64,000 nucleotides of DNA from a virus, in the IMG/VR virus record IMGVR_UViG_3300041955_000531. One strand, given 5' to 3'. Positions 19,963 through 28,178 of the stretch are shown here, piece after piece. How positions within the stretch are numbered: position 1 is the first letter of the stretch; each line of letters starts with the position of its first letter. The notes under the pieces are model-generated. The model had not been told where the DNA came from. It ran no database searches and worked only from the letters and a program-made list of their open reading frames with translations. Position numbers and translations under genes: made by a program.

Positions 19963-20136
19963 ATGACGGATACAAACAGAAATGGCTTTAAGTTTCAATG
20001 TCACAGAGGTCACACAACGACTATCTGGACGGATGATAAGAATCCAACTCCGCCTACTTGTCCAAGATGCGGGGCTGGAACCTGGATTTTAGCATCTACT
20101 CTACTTCGGTTGCCTTCTCCGGAACCCAAGAAGTAG
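19963..20136 (+). CDS. Small zinc-ribbon protein (57 aa, below the ORF-track cutoff)
   Basis: Translated by hand: MTDTNRNGFKFQCHRGHTTTIWTDDKNPTPPTCPRCGAGTWILASTLLRLPSPEPKK, with CxxxH...CPRCG. Confidence 0.55.
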   Translation: MTDTNRNGFKFQCHRGHTTTIWTDDKNPTPPTCPRCGAGTWILASTLLRLPSPEPKK

Positions 20137-20142
20137 GTATAA

Positions 20143-20556
20143 ATGGCTGTATACTCTCATCAGCACTATCTGGCAAACAAAGAACGGTATCGTGCCAATA
20201 ATAAGCGATGGCTGAAAGAGCATCCAGATCATAATAAGGCTCGGTATCTTCGCAATGCTGGTAAGCTAACTGCTAAATACTCTTTATTGTGCGCGCACGC
20301 GAAGAAGCGAAAGTTGGATGTAACGATTTCATTTGAAGAGTATTGTGAGGTAGTGTCTCATCCTTGTTATTATTGTGGCGGAAATCTACCTGTAACAGGT
20401 CATGGATTAGACCGAATCAACTCGCAGGCTGGATATGTTTCGGGGAATATAAGACCTTGTTGTCAACAGTGTAATAGAGCAAAGAGTTCAATGACTGAAA
20501 ATGAGTTCAAGGAATGGATTCTAAAAGTCATGAATAAGTGGGTGTCATGTGGCTGA
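20143..20556 (+). CDS. Free-standing HNH-type endonuclease
   Basis: CYYCG...GLDRINSQAGYVSGNIRPCCQQCNRAKS; basic N-terminus; more AT-rich than its neighbours; TGA stop. Confidence 0.85.
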   Translation: MAVYSHQHYLANKERYRANNKRWLKEHPDHNKARYLRNAGKLTAKYSLLCAHAKKRKLDVTISFEEYCEVVSHPCYYCGGNLPVTGHGLDRINSQAGYVSGNIRPCCQQCNRAKSSMTENEFKEWILKVMNKWVSCG

Positions 20557-21064
20557 TTACAATAGCGCCATCGATTTCGTTATTCATCTCGAAGATTCCA
20601 CACTTAGTGGAAAAGTGGAACATGATTCGGACGGAGCCACTCGGTATGGCTTACTCGACCGCTGGAACCCTAGTCTTGTTGAAGCGGGTTTCTACACGAC
20701 TGATCCCGTTACTGCGCTCGCGATGGCAAAAGCATACTACAAGCCCAACTACTGGGATAAGTTCAAAGGTGATCAGCTTACCCATAATCGGGTTGCTGCA
20801 CAAATACTCTCGATTGGCGTTAACGATGGCATCGTCACAGGTATCAAGTTTGCGCAGAAGGCTGCGGGTGTTGACCCAGACGGCAACTTTGGCATTATCT
20901 CCTTGGCGGCCGTTAATGCTCTTGACGAAGCAACTTTCTTGCAGCGTTTTGACCAAACAGCCAAGGCTCACTACGATGCTGTCGTCGCAGCCAACCCAGC
21001 TAAAGCAGGTGATCTCAAAGGCTGGTACAATCGAGTCGACCTTATAAGTAAGTACGCAGGATAA
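20549..21064 (+). CDS. Endolysin, glycoside hydrolase family 108 with a peptidoglycan-binding C-terminus
   Basis: HLE...HDSDGATRYGL, AKAYYKPNYWD, GVNDG, GVDPDGNFG and terminal GWYNRV. Confidence 0.85.
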   Translation: MADYNSAIDFVIHLEDSTLSGKVEHDSDGATRYGLLDRWNPSLVEAGFYTTDPVTALAMAKAYYKPNYWDKFKGDQLTHNRVAAQILSIGVNDGIVTGIKFAQKAAGVDPDGNFGIISLAAVNALDEATFLQRFDQTAKAHYDAVVAANPAKAGDLKGWYNRVDLISKYAG

Positions 21065-21068
21065 CAAC

Positions 21069-21296
21069 ATGAAGACTATGGCTAATGTGTATGCTTTCTT
21101 CGGTGGTTCCACCGAGTTTTACGCACTGGTGTTTACAATCACAGCTACTGTGTTGGCTTTCATGAGTTTGTTGAAGGCCGAGTATGTGGCTGCTATTGGA
21201 GCCATTCAGGTTCTTATCACTGCAAACGATGTCCACAATGACATCAATGTCAAGACCGTCACCAATGTAAACGTAAACCCTGGAGGTTCGCAATAA
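21069..21296 (+). CDS. Putative holin
   Basis: 75 aa with two hydrophobic segments, directly after the endolysin. Confidence 0.6.
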   Translation: MKTMANVYAFFGGSTEFYALVFTITATVLAFMSLLKAEYVAAIGAIQVLITANDVHNDINVKTVTNVNVNPGGSQ

Positions 21297-22033
21297 TGGC
21301 AACAACACCAACCCCAACTCCGGCACCAACTAACTGGTTCACAAAAGACTGGATTTGGATTACTCAGCATATAATCATTCTTGTGCTGGCTGCTGCTTTG
21401 GTATTCGGTGGCGTCTATGAGATAGATGCTATGATCGCGCGTCACGACGCCTCAACAGAACAACACTACTCGCAACTCTTGATTCAACAGACAGCCTTGA
21501 CAAAGTCTATCGAAGACAAGTTCGATGCTTCTACTGCGCAGCATGCGCTGGAAGCACAGCAATACCAGGCTCAGATTGCAGCGGATCAAGCGGCTATGAA
21601 ACAGCGTGATGATCTACTCAAACTTGCAATCGCCAAGATTGGCACAATGACACCCGTTCAGATTCAAGCCGATCTTCAACCTAAGCTTCGTCAGGGACAG
21701 GCTACTGTTCTTGCTGATGGGATTAAGTTGGATACGGAAGCAGCGCGTGATGTAGACGCTCAGATTACGGAGGGCGCAAATGCAAAGGCAGACCTCGCTA
21801 CGACCCAGACAGCCCTTACTAAGGAAACAACGATTGCTGCCAACGCCACAGCCGATCTTCAAACAGCAAAGACAGCGATTGCTGCCGAGCAGAAAAAGAA
21901 CGACGATCAAGTAGTGGCTTGCAATGCAGCTATTGCGGTTGAGAAAGCCAATGCCCGCAAGGGTAAGCTGAAGTGGTTTGGTATTGGCTACATAGCTGGC
22001 TTCCTTTCTGGTCTGGCTGCTCACTTGGCTTAA
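21296..22033 (+). CDS. Spanin-like (Rz-like) membrane coiled-coil protein
   Basis: N-terminal TM helix, long Ala/Gln coiled coil, C-terminal hydrophobic Gly-rich helix; within the lysis cassette. Confidence 0.55.
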   Translation: MATTPTPTPAPTNWFTKDWIWITQHIIILVLAAALVFGGVYEIDAMIARHDASTEQHYSQLLIQQTALTKSIEDKFDASTAQHALEAQQYQAQIAADQAAMKQRDDLLKLAIAKIGTMTPVQIQADLQPKLRQGQATVLADGIKLDTEAARDVDAQITEGANAKADLATTQTALTKETTIAANATADLQTAKTAIAAEQKKNDDQVVACNAAIAVEKANARKGKLKWFGIGYIAGFLSGLAAHLA

Positions 22034-22042
22034 GGAGATTTC

Positions 22043-22735
22043 ATGTACTATCCCGGAGATACTTACAACTTCATCCTGAATATCCCCAATACGGGGAGCA
22101 CTGTGGTTTCTTCTGCTCCCTTGATCACCATTCTGGATATTCTCAATCCAGGCACTCCAATCGTGTCTGGTGCCAGCATGACTCTGGTGACCGGCACTAG
22201 CTATGTCTATTACTACTCCTTCACAATCCCCAATGCTTCACCGAAGGATTATATAGCCATTTATAGCTATGCTACTACTTCGCCGGCAGTTACGGTAAGC
22301 AACCAGTTAATCTCCTTAAAGGATGAACTGCACGTTGGTGATTCCTACGTTACAGGTCCAGTGGCTTTGAATGCCACAGTGGCTCAGAATGCTACTGTAG
22401 CCAAGGATGCTACGGTCATGAAGTCGTCTCAGTATGTGGCGCCTCAGAATGACCCGACCATTCAGACAATAGCTACTCAGACAGCAACAATCAACAGCAA
22501 TACTGCTTCAACTAGTACGCTGTTGGGTACGCTGGCGGCCGGCACATTGAGCGGTCTCATCCAAGACATCTACGATTATTCGTTCGGCGCCTGGAGCATT
22601 GACAATACAGTTGTTCCTCCTGTGCTCTATATCAGCCGTGTCAACGGCACGCCTATTGCCAGCTTCCAGCTATTGCAGAGTGTCAGCTCGACACAGCGTG
22701 TTGTTATTACATCACCTCCGGAGAGCAACGTCTAA
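22043..22735 (+). CDS. Virion structural protein
   Basis: 230-aa beta-rich ORF with an AGGAG RBS, coupled to the next gene. Confidence 0.6.
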   Translation: MYYPGDTYNFILNIPNTGSTVVSSAPLITILDILNPGTPIVSGASMTLVTGTSYVYYYSFTIPNASPKDYIAIYSYATTSPAVTVSNQLISLKDELHVGDSYVTGPVALNATVAQNATVAKDATVMKSSQYVAPQNDPTIQTIATQTATINSNTASTSTLLGTLAAGTLSGLIQDIYDYSFGAWSIDNTVVPPVLYISRVNGTPIASFQLLQSVSSTQRVVITSPPESNV

Positions 22736-23502
22736 TGTCTCAGCCTAATATCGTTGTGACAATCCAACTGCCCCAGGGATTCGCATTGACGAACGGTGCA
22801 CAAACCATCGAGCCGATGCAGTTCCAGGTGGTATCTGGACTCACGCCTTATTACTCTTCGGTTGACCTTGTTCGTTTGAATGGTGGCATCTATCTGCGTA
22901 AGGTCTCTGACCTGACGATCGCGGGTATGATCTATTACATGAGCAAGAACGCTGATGCTCTTACTTGGTCCCTGCCTATGGTGCCGCCGTCCTATGCTCC
23001 ATTTACTGACTTCCAGGAAACCCACTATCGCAACTTCGTTATGGCGCGCGTCAACTGGGTAACTTACAGTTCAGCCAAGCAGTTGATCCTGAACATGTTC
23101 GATTTGAACGCTGTTCGTGGAAGCAAGACCCTGGCTAACTTCTCGGTCAGCCGTCAGGACTTCTCGAATGACAGTGGTGTCCCGGGCAAACTCAAGGATC
23201 TGGACACGATGGTCAAGGATTGGGAACTGGCTTTGATGAGCGGTGGCTCAATCGGCTATAAGGGTCACGTCAAGCCTCGTATGGCTGCCAAGGGTTTGTA
23301 TGACGATAGTGATAACACACCTGGCCGTACATGGTTGAACTCAGGTCCTGGTGCTAACACTTATTCAATGACGGGCGTCAGTTCTTCGGGCGGCCGCAGC
23401 AAGACAGTTAAGTTCTACTCGCCAGTAGTGGTGGGTAATAGAATCGGAAGATATTTCGGTCCTACGGTGCTTGTAACATGGCCAAGAGTCCCAAGCTACT
23501 AA
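22735..23502 (+). CDS. Putative head-tail adaptor/neck protein
   Basis: TPYYSSVDLVR at the N-terminus and SKTLANFSVS (adaptor-like hairpin); lies between head and tail genes. Confidence 0.55.
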   Translation: MSQPNIVVTIQLPQGFALTNGAQTIEPMQFQVVSGLTPYYSSVDLVRLNGGIYLRKVSDLTIAGMIYYMSKNADALTWSLPMVPPSYAPFTDFQETHYRNFVMARVNWVTYSSAKQLILNMFDLNAVRGSKTLANFSVSRQDFSNDSGVPGKLKDLDTMVKDWELALMSGGSIGYKGHVKPRMAAKGLYDDSDNTPGRTWLNSGPGANTYSMTGVSSSGGRSKTVKFYSPVVVGNRIGRYFGPTVLVTWPRVPSY

Positions 23503-23510
23503 GAGGTTGT

Positions 23511-23876
23511 ATGCCTAGAAATGGTGATCGCCGGGCTGGTGCGAGCTCTGAACAACTGGTAGAGCTGACGAATAAGCTGGACCAGTTTGTCCTGAAAGTT
23601 ACTGATTCCAATGCTCGTACTGATGAATCAATCAAGTCTATGAAGGACCGCCTGTTCGGTGGTGAAGGCCACAAGGGCATGATTGAATATTTCAACCAAG
23701 AGTTCGTAGACATCAAGGCTGAGGTAGCTAATAAGGCACAGGCTTCGGATCTGAAAGAACTAACTAAGGACTTCGAATCTTTGAAGAATCGAGTTACTTG
23801 GTATGCGGGTATCCTGGCAGCAATACAGTTTCTTATCATGGCTGCCGCGACGGCCTACGCTGGCTGGCATCACTAA
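23511..23876 (+). CDS. Coiled-coil protein with a C-terminal TM helix (holin/XhlA-like architecture)
   Basis: GAGG RBS then ATG at 23511; C-terminal VTWYAGILAAIQFLIMAAATAYAGW. Confidence 0.55.
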   Translation: MPRNGDRRAGASSEQLVELTNKLDQFVLKVTDSNARTDESIKSMKDRLFGGEGHKGMIEYFNQEFVDIKAEVANKAQASDLKELTKDFESLKNRVTWYAGILAAIQFLIMAAATAYAGWHH

Positions 23877-23886
23877 AAGGTGGTAA

Positions 23887-24378
23887 ATGGCAGAAGTATC
23901 GGATGTCTTTACAATAAATGAGAACTATCCGACCACCGATGCCCTGCTAGTTCCTGGACCCAATCAGTCCTCGTACACAATCTTCATTTATCAGTACTCT
24001 GATTGGCTCGCTGGTAACCAGGGTACTCTCTATGCGTTAGCACAGAGCGGTGTCAACTCGGATGGTACGTGGCAAGGTGTGCTTGATCCTTATCAATCTA
24101 CTCCTGGCTCTCCTGTTTATGCTCCAGTTCAGCTGCCTATTCTGACATCAGATGCTGCTGGCAATGTTGCGTTCCTGCCTTTCACAGTTGTCGCGGTCAG
24201 CCAGACAAATACGATCGTTCTTGCATTAGAGGTAAACCCTCCGACGTATGTTCCGCCAACTCCAGAGGGTTCATTCAACGAATCTGTTTTTGTGGATAGT
24301 ACACCTATGTCGGATGATTACTGGTTAGCGGTTGATAATAACTATCCTGGTTGGCTCCTTCCGTTAACGGTTACATAA
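23887..24378 (+). CDS. Virion structural protein
   Basis: 163-aa acidic ORF with an AGGTGG RBS. Confidence 0.6.
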   Translation: MAEVSDVFTINENYPTTDALLVPGPNQSSYTIFIYQYSDWLAGNQGTLYALAQSGVNSDGTWQGVLDPYQSTPGSPVYAPVQLPILTSDAAGNVAFLPFTVVAVSQTNTIVLALEVNPPTYVPPTPEGSFNESVFVDSTPMSDDYWLAVDNNYPGWLLPLTVT

Positions 24379-24380
24379 AA

Positions 24381-25118
24381 ATGTCCATCACACTCAATAG
24401 CACAACTCCAGCACCGCCTTCCTTACACCAGAATATTACCTGGCAAAAGGATAGCAGTGGTAATGTTTCTGGATATGTTCCTCTTGTTGCTGGACCAACA
24501 GGGCCAGCAGGTCCCACAGGCAGCACTGGACCGATCGGTCCAACAGGACCCACAGGGCCTACGGGCGCAACAGGGAACACAGGTAATACAGGGCCAGCTG
24601 GACAAGCAGGCCCAGCAGGCCCAGCAGGTCCAACAGGTCCGACTGGAGCAACTGGGAATACAGGTGCGACAGGGTCCGCTGGAGCTACAGGTCCGACAGG
24701 TCCGACAGGTCCGACAGGACCTAACTGGGTGCGTACTGATTACAGTAAGACTACAGCCAGTCTGGCTGATGGTGCTGTTGAAACAAGCAGTATGAGTTTT
24801 GCCAAGACTTTCTTGGTCTTGAAAGTTGTGGTCTCTGCTTATGCGCGCGTGAGATTGTATGCTACCGCGGCTGCAGCAACAGCCGATGTGGCACGTCTCT
24901 TTACCGTACCTCCTGCAGCTGGTACACAGCACGAAGTGATTATGGATATGCAACTGGATTCAGTCTACGGCTCTCTGAGCTTCGTTATGTCGCCGGTCAC
25001 GCCAGGAGCGAACATGGATACCAGCCCAGCTGATACCATCTACTATAATATCACCAATCTAAGCGGAACAACCGCAGCCATCACTGTCACTCTTACTGCA
25101 TTGCCGCTGGAGTCTTAA
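24381..25118 (+). CDS. Collagen-like fibre protein
   Basis: ATG at 24381 after the upstream stop; uninterrupted Gly-X-Y tract followed by a globular C-terminal domain. Confidence 0.85.
   Translation: MSITLNSTTPAPPSLHQNITWQKDSSGNVSGYVPLVAGPTGPAGPTGSTGPIGPTGPTGPTGATGNTGNTGPAGQAGPAGPAGPTGPTGATGNTGATGSAGATGPTGPTGPTGPNWVRTDYSKTTASLADGAVETSSMSFAKTFLVLKVVVSAYARVRLYATAAAATADVARLFTVPPAAGTQHEVIMDMQLDSVYGSLSFVMSPVTPGANMDTSPADTIYYNITNLSGTTAAITVTLTALPLES
24492..24725 (+). repeat. Collagen Gly-X-Y repeat, 26 triplets
   Basis: [15 protein letters not shown] ... GPT GPT GPN; the Y position is mostly Thr. Confidence 0.9.
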
Positions 25119-25121
25119 CAC

Positions 25122-26003
25122 ATGCCAACCACAAAAGTATATTCATCGCTTTACTGCGATGCCGCAACACTCGCCAACTTTAATGCGTGGGGACAGTTCA
25201 TTTCGAATGCTTTCTCCTCGTTCGGCTGGACAGCGGGTACTGATACAGGTCAGGTGAGTTGGCCTGTCGGGTCTGTTCCAACAAGTTACGGCACATTCGA
25301 AATCTGGAAGTCGGCTGATGCTCTATCTTCGACGTGTCCTATCACTGTGCGCATTGACTATTGGAACAACGCTAAGCCTTGGGTCGCTATAGAGATAGGT
25401 ACAGGCGGCACCAACGGTACAGGGACCTTGCTTGCTCCGCATAGTGGCACTTATTCAATCGGTGCTAACTCAAACACCGCAACCATATACCAAACGTGCT
25501 ATGCATCTGGGGATACGGGAAGTTTTCGTTGTCTAATGTTTGCGACAAGCACTAATCAAAGCTCTCCTTACTTCTCTGAACCATTTGGTTTTGGCATCAA
25601 TCGTTCAATGAGTTCAGCAGGTGTAGCAACAGACGATTATGTGCATTTTCTAGGGTGGATGTCACACTCCGCAAGTACTTCTATTCAACAAGCTGTTCCT
25701 AATCCTTCGGTTGGAGGAACGTATGCTGTTGAATACAATAATATCAACGCTCCTCTTCCATACACGGCAAATCTTATGGCATATGGTGTTATCTATGTAG
25801 TGCCATTCTTCCCCATTGTTGGCGCACCTGGCAATCCGAGTGACGATTGGCTCTTTACAAAGTTAGGATATCTTGCTGATGACACGCAAGTCAGCGTCAC
25901 AATGTTTGGGACGCCGCATACCTACGTAGTTCTCAACAACACCGCGGGAAATCCACAGTTTGTCTATGGTATATCTACTGCTATTTTGATGCGTTATGAG
26001 TAA
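25122..26003 (+). CDS. Virion structural protein (fibre-associated)
   Basis: 293 aa, aromatic/Ser/Thr-rich, following the collagen gene. Confidence 0.6.
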   Translation: MPTTKVYSSLYCDAATLANFNAWGQFISNAFSSFGWTAGTDTGQVSWPVGSVPTSYGTFEIWKSADALSSTCPITVRIDYWNNAKPWVAIEIGTGGTNGTGTLLAPHSGTYSIGANSNTATIYQTCYASGDTGSFRCLMFATSTNQSSPYFSEPFGFGINRSMSSAGVATDDYVHFLGWMSHSASTSIQQAVPNPSVGGTYAVEYNNINAPLPYTANLMAYGVIYVVPFFPIVGAPGNPSDDWLFTKLGYLADDTQVSVTMFGTPHTYVVLNNTAGNPQFVYGISTAILMRYE

Positions 26004-26012
26004 GGATTAGCA

Positions 26013-26789
26013 ATGGCGACCTTTCGACAAGCCTATGGCACAACTCAAGGTGGGGCCCTAGTTCTCACCGTTGCACAATACGGCATATGGTACTCAGGGG
26101 ATTTGGTTTTAATGTATTGCCGTTGGGGATACATACCGGGTGTTACCGGAACTATTACCGACCCTCAAGGTAATGTGTGGACACCTTTTTTTGGTTCGGG
26201 AGTTAACACTCTTGGAACCCCACAGTTGGACGGAACAGGAGCAGAAGCTGTTCAAGTTTGGTGGACTATATTATCAAACTATGCCAGCTATAATGTGACG
26301 GTCACCTTTTCCACGAACGTAGCTTATCCTCTTCTAGGAGCTCAGGCTTTCTACAACTACTCCGGCAACCCATTGACGATTCAAGGGAAGTCGGCTGTTG
26401 GATCCCCCGGCAGTTCTCCTGATATCGTTGTTGCAGCAGGGCCAGGAACTCTTCTTTCTGGTTTTATCTTTGTATGGAATGAAGGATTATCAACACCGTC
26501 AGGCTGGACTTTAGGCTGGGGTTATAACAACTATGATTATTCATTCTATATTGAATCTCCAGCAGCGGGAAACTACAATATCAACACTGGTGGTTCGGCT
26601 GGATACTTTTCAGCGATTATTTATGAACCACCTGCCAGCGAAGAAACCTTTCCGGCTATTGACTTTGCTGATATGAAGATGAAGAATGTTATGTCAGGTG
26701 GGGATAGTTTGCTTGTGATGGGCAACGCAGGCAGCGGTCCTACACCCCCATCACACGGACAGGGATTCCCGACAGGACAGCAGACATAA
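26013..26789 (+). CDS. Virion structural protein (possible adhesin)
   Basis: 258 aa; GDLVLM...ITDPQGNVWT...TPSGWT beta-rich pattern. Confidence 0.55.
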   Translation: MATFRQAYGTTQGGALVLTVAQYGIWYSGDLVLMYCRWGYIPGVTGTITDPQGNVWTPFFGSGVNTLGTPQLDGTGAEAVQVWWTILSNYASYNVTVTFSTNVAYPLLGAQAFYNYSGNPLTIQGKSAVGSPGSSPDIVVAAGPGTLLSGFIFVWNEGLSTPSGWTLGWGYNNYDYSFYIESPAAGNYNINTGGSAGYFSAIIYEPPASEETFPAIDFADMKMKNVMSGGDSLLVMGNAGSGPTPPSHGQGFPTGQQT

Positions 26790-26790
26790 T

Positions 26791-27417
26791 ATGAGCCAAG
26801 TCATCATCAATAAAGGCATGCCGAGCTACAATCAGATGGATCCGAACAGACCCGTCTCGGGATCCTTTGAGGATACTGCTTATCCTGAGATGACTGCTTT
26901 TGATCTTCGTGAGTGGTTCGCGCGCACTATGAATGGTGATTTCGAGGATCCTGGTATTGGTCGGCCGGCGGTCTACCGCAAGCTATCCAATACTAAGTGC
27001 CAGTGCTTTGATATAAATAACGGCTCTCCTGACCCCAACTGTGTCTACTGTAATGGCGAAGGCTATCTCTTCACCGAGGAAGTAAAGACGGTCTATTTCG
27101 CCAAGAACTTTGGCTCGGTTTTGGGCTCCGCCACGCAGATACAGCAGCACAGCCAGATCTCTCCTATAGGCGTCCAGGACTCGGATCGCTGCCTGGCTTT
27201 CATGTTCTGGTATGATATCCCAGACTACGAACGTTATTCAATCCCCACCCGCCCGGCGCCGGATAAGCTCTTTGAGCTGAAGGTAGGCCCAGACGGGCAA
27301 ACAGACCCTGCTATGATTCGCACCGAAGTCTGGCGTGTACGTAGTCTTACAGGACACCACGGAGACAACGGAAGGATCGAGTTCTTTGAGCTGGGCTGTG
27401 AGAAGGTCACTATCTAA
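26791..27417 (+). CDS. Neck/head-closure protein with a Cys4 knuckle
   Basis: KCQC...PDPNCVYCNGEGY and terminal HGDNGRIEFF; upstream of tail completion and sheath genes. Confidence 0.65.
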   Translation: MSQVIINKGMPSYNQMDPNRPVSGSFEDTAYPEMTAFDLREWFARTMNGDFEDPGIGRPAVYRKLSNTKCQCFDINNGSPDPNCVYCNGEGYLFTEEVKTVYFAKNFGSVLGSATQIQQHSQISPIGVQDSDRCLAFMFWYDIPDYERYSIPTRPAPDKLFELKVGPDGQTDPAMIRTEVWRVRSLTGHHGDNGRIEFFELGCEKVTI

Positions 27418-27433
27418 AGGTCCTTGATTCTAC

Positions 27434-27445
27434 TATACTAATCAG
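27434..27445 (+). promoter_or_regulatory. Putative phage promoter motif TATACTAATCAG, copy 2
   Basis: Intergenic; TACTATACTAATCAGG is a 16-nt identity with copy 1; precedes the tail operon. Confidence 0.6.
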
Positions 27446-27447
27446 GG

Positions 27448-28158
27448 ATGAATGATTGGAGTTTGTCGATGGGCCCAACGAATGTAACAGGACAGCCGTT
27501 GTACTTGACCCGCTCACCACTCCCTGCCGTTGACTGGGATACCTTTTTTGATGCGGTTGCTGAAGCAATGAAGCTACATATTGCTTCCACAGGTCCTCCA
27601 GGCCAGCGAGCCCCGACTTTGGTTGCTGAGTATCCTAAGGATAACGAGGGAAACCCAACAACGCCTTTTGACCTTATCATTTACGGGATTCAAAAGTCGG
27701 TCAGAGCAGCAACAGACCCCAAGCAGCAGCGCATCCCTAAAGGACCGACGCTGCGAGAAAGACGCCCACACCCGACCAAGAAAGGCTACTCGCTGATTAC
27801 GATCGCGTGGTGGGAGATGATGACCGTACGCTTTGTGTGTTATGGACTCTCCAGTACGAGAGCGGATGAGATAACTAAGTGGTTTCATAAGATGATGATG
27901 CGGTACATCTTTGACCTTAGTTTCTTCAGAGTCCGCGGCGTACAGTACATGACATTTGAAGAGCGCGGCCCCTGTGAGTTCTCTAGAGAGTACGGACAAG
28001 AAGTTCATTTCCGTCATCTGGATTACAACGTTCGACTCGAGTTGATCGAGACTTTCGAATGTAAGAACCTTGAATCGATTAATGTCACGGTGGGCGGACC
28101 GCCCAACCCTGAGCAGTCCATCGATCTGGTCGAGCAATACAAGATTCCTAGTCCGTAA
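27448..28158 (+). CDS. Putative tail completion/terminator protein
   Basis: 236 aa immediately upstream of the sheath gene; assigned by synteny. Confidence 0.55.
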   Translation: MNDWSLSMGPTNVTGQPLYLTRSPLPAVDWDTFFDAVAEAMKLHIASTGPPGQRAPTLVAEYPKDNEGNPTTPFDLIIYGIQKSVRAATDPKQQRIPKGPTLRERRPHPTKKGYSLITIAWWEMMTVRFVCYGLSSTRADEITKWFHKMMMRYIFDLSFFRVRGVQYMTFEERGPCEFSREYGQEVHFRHLDYNVRLELIETFECKNLESINVTVGGPPNPEQSIDLVEQYKIPSP

Positions 28159-28178
28159 AGAAACTTCCGGAGGAAAAG

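Noticed and set aside
21973-22200. Overlapping o-spanin lipoprotein (MVWYWLHSWLPFWSGC...)
   Set aside because: No basic N-region, poor hydrophobic core, non-consensus lipobox, and it overlaps a better gene at 22043.
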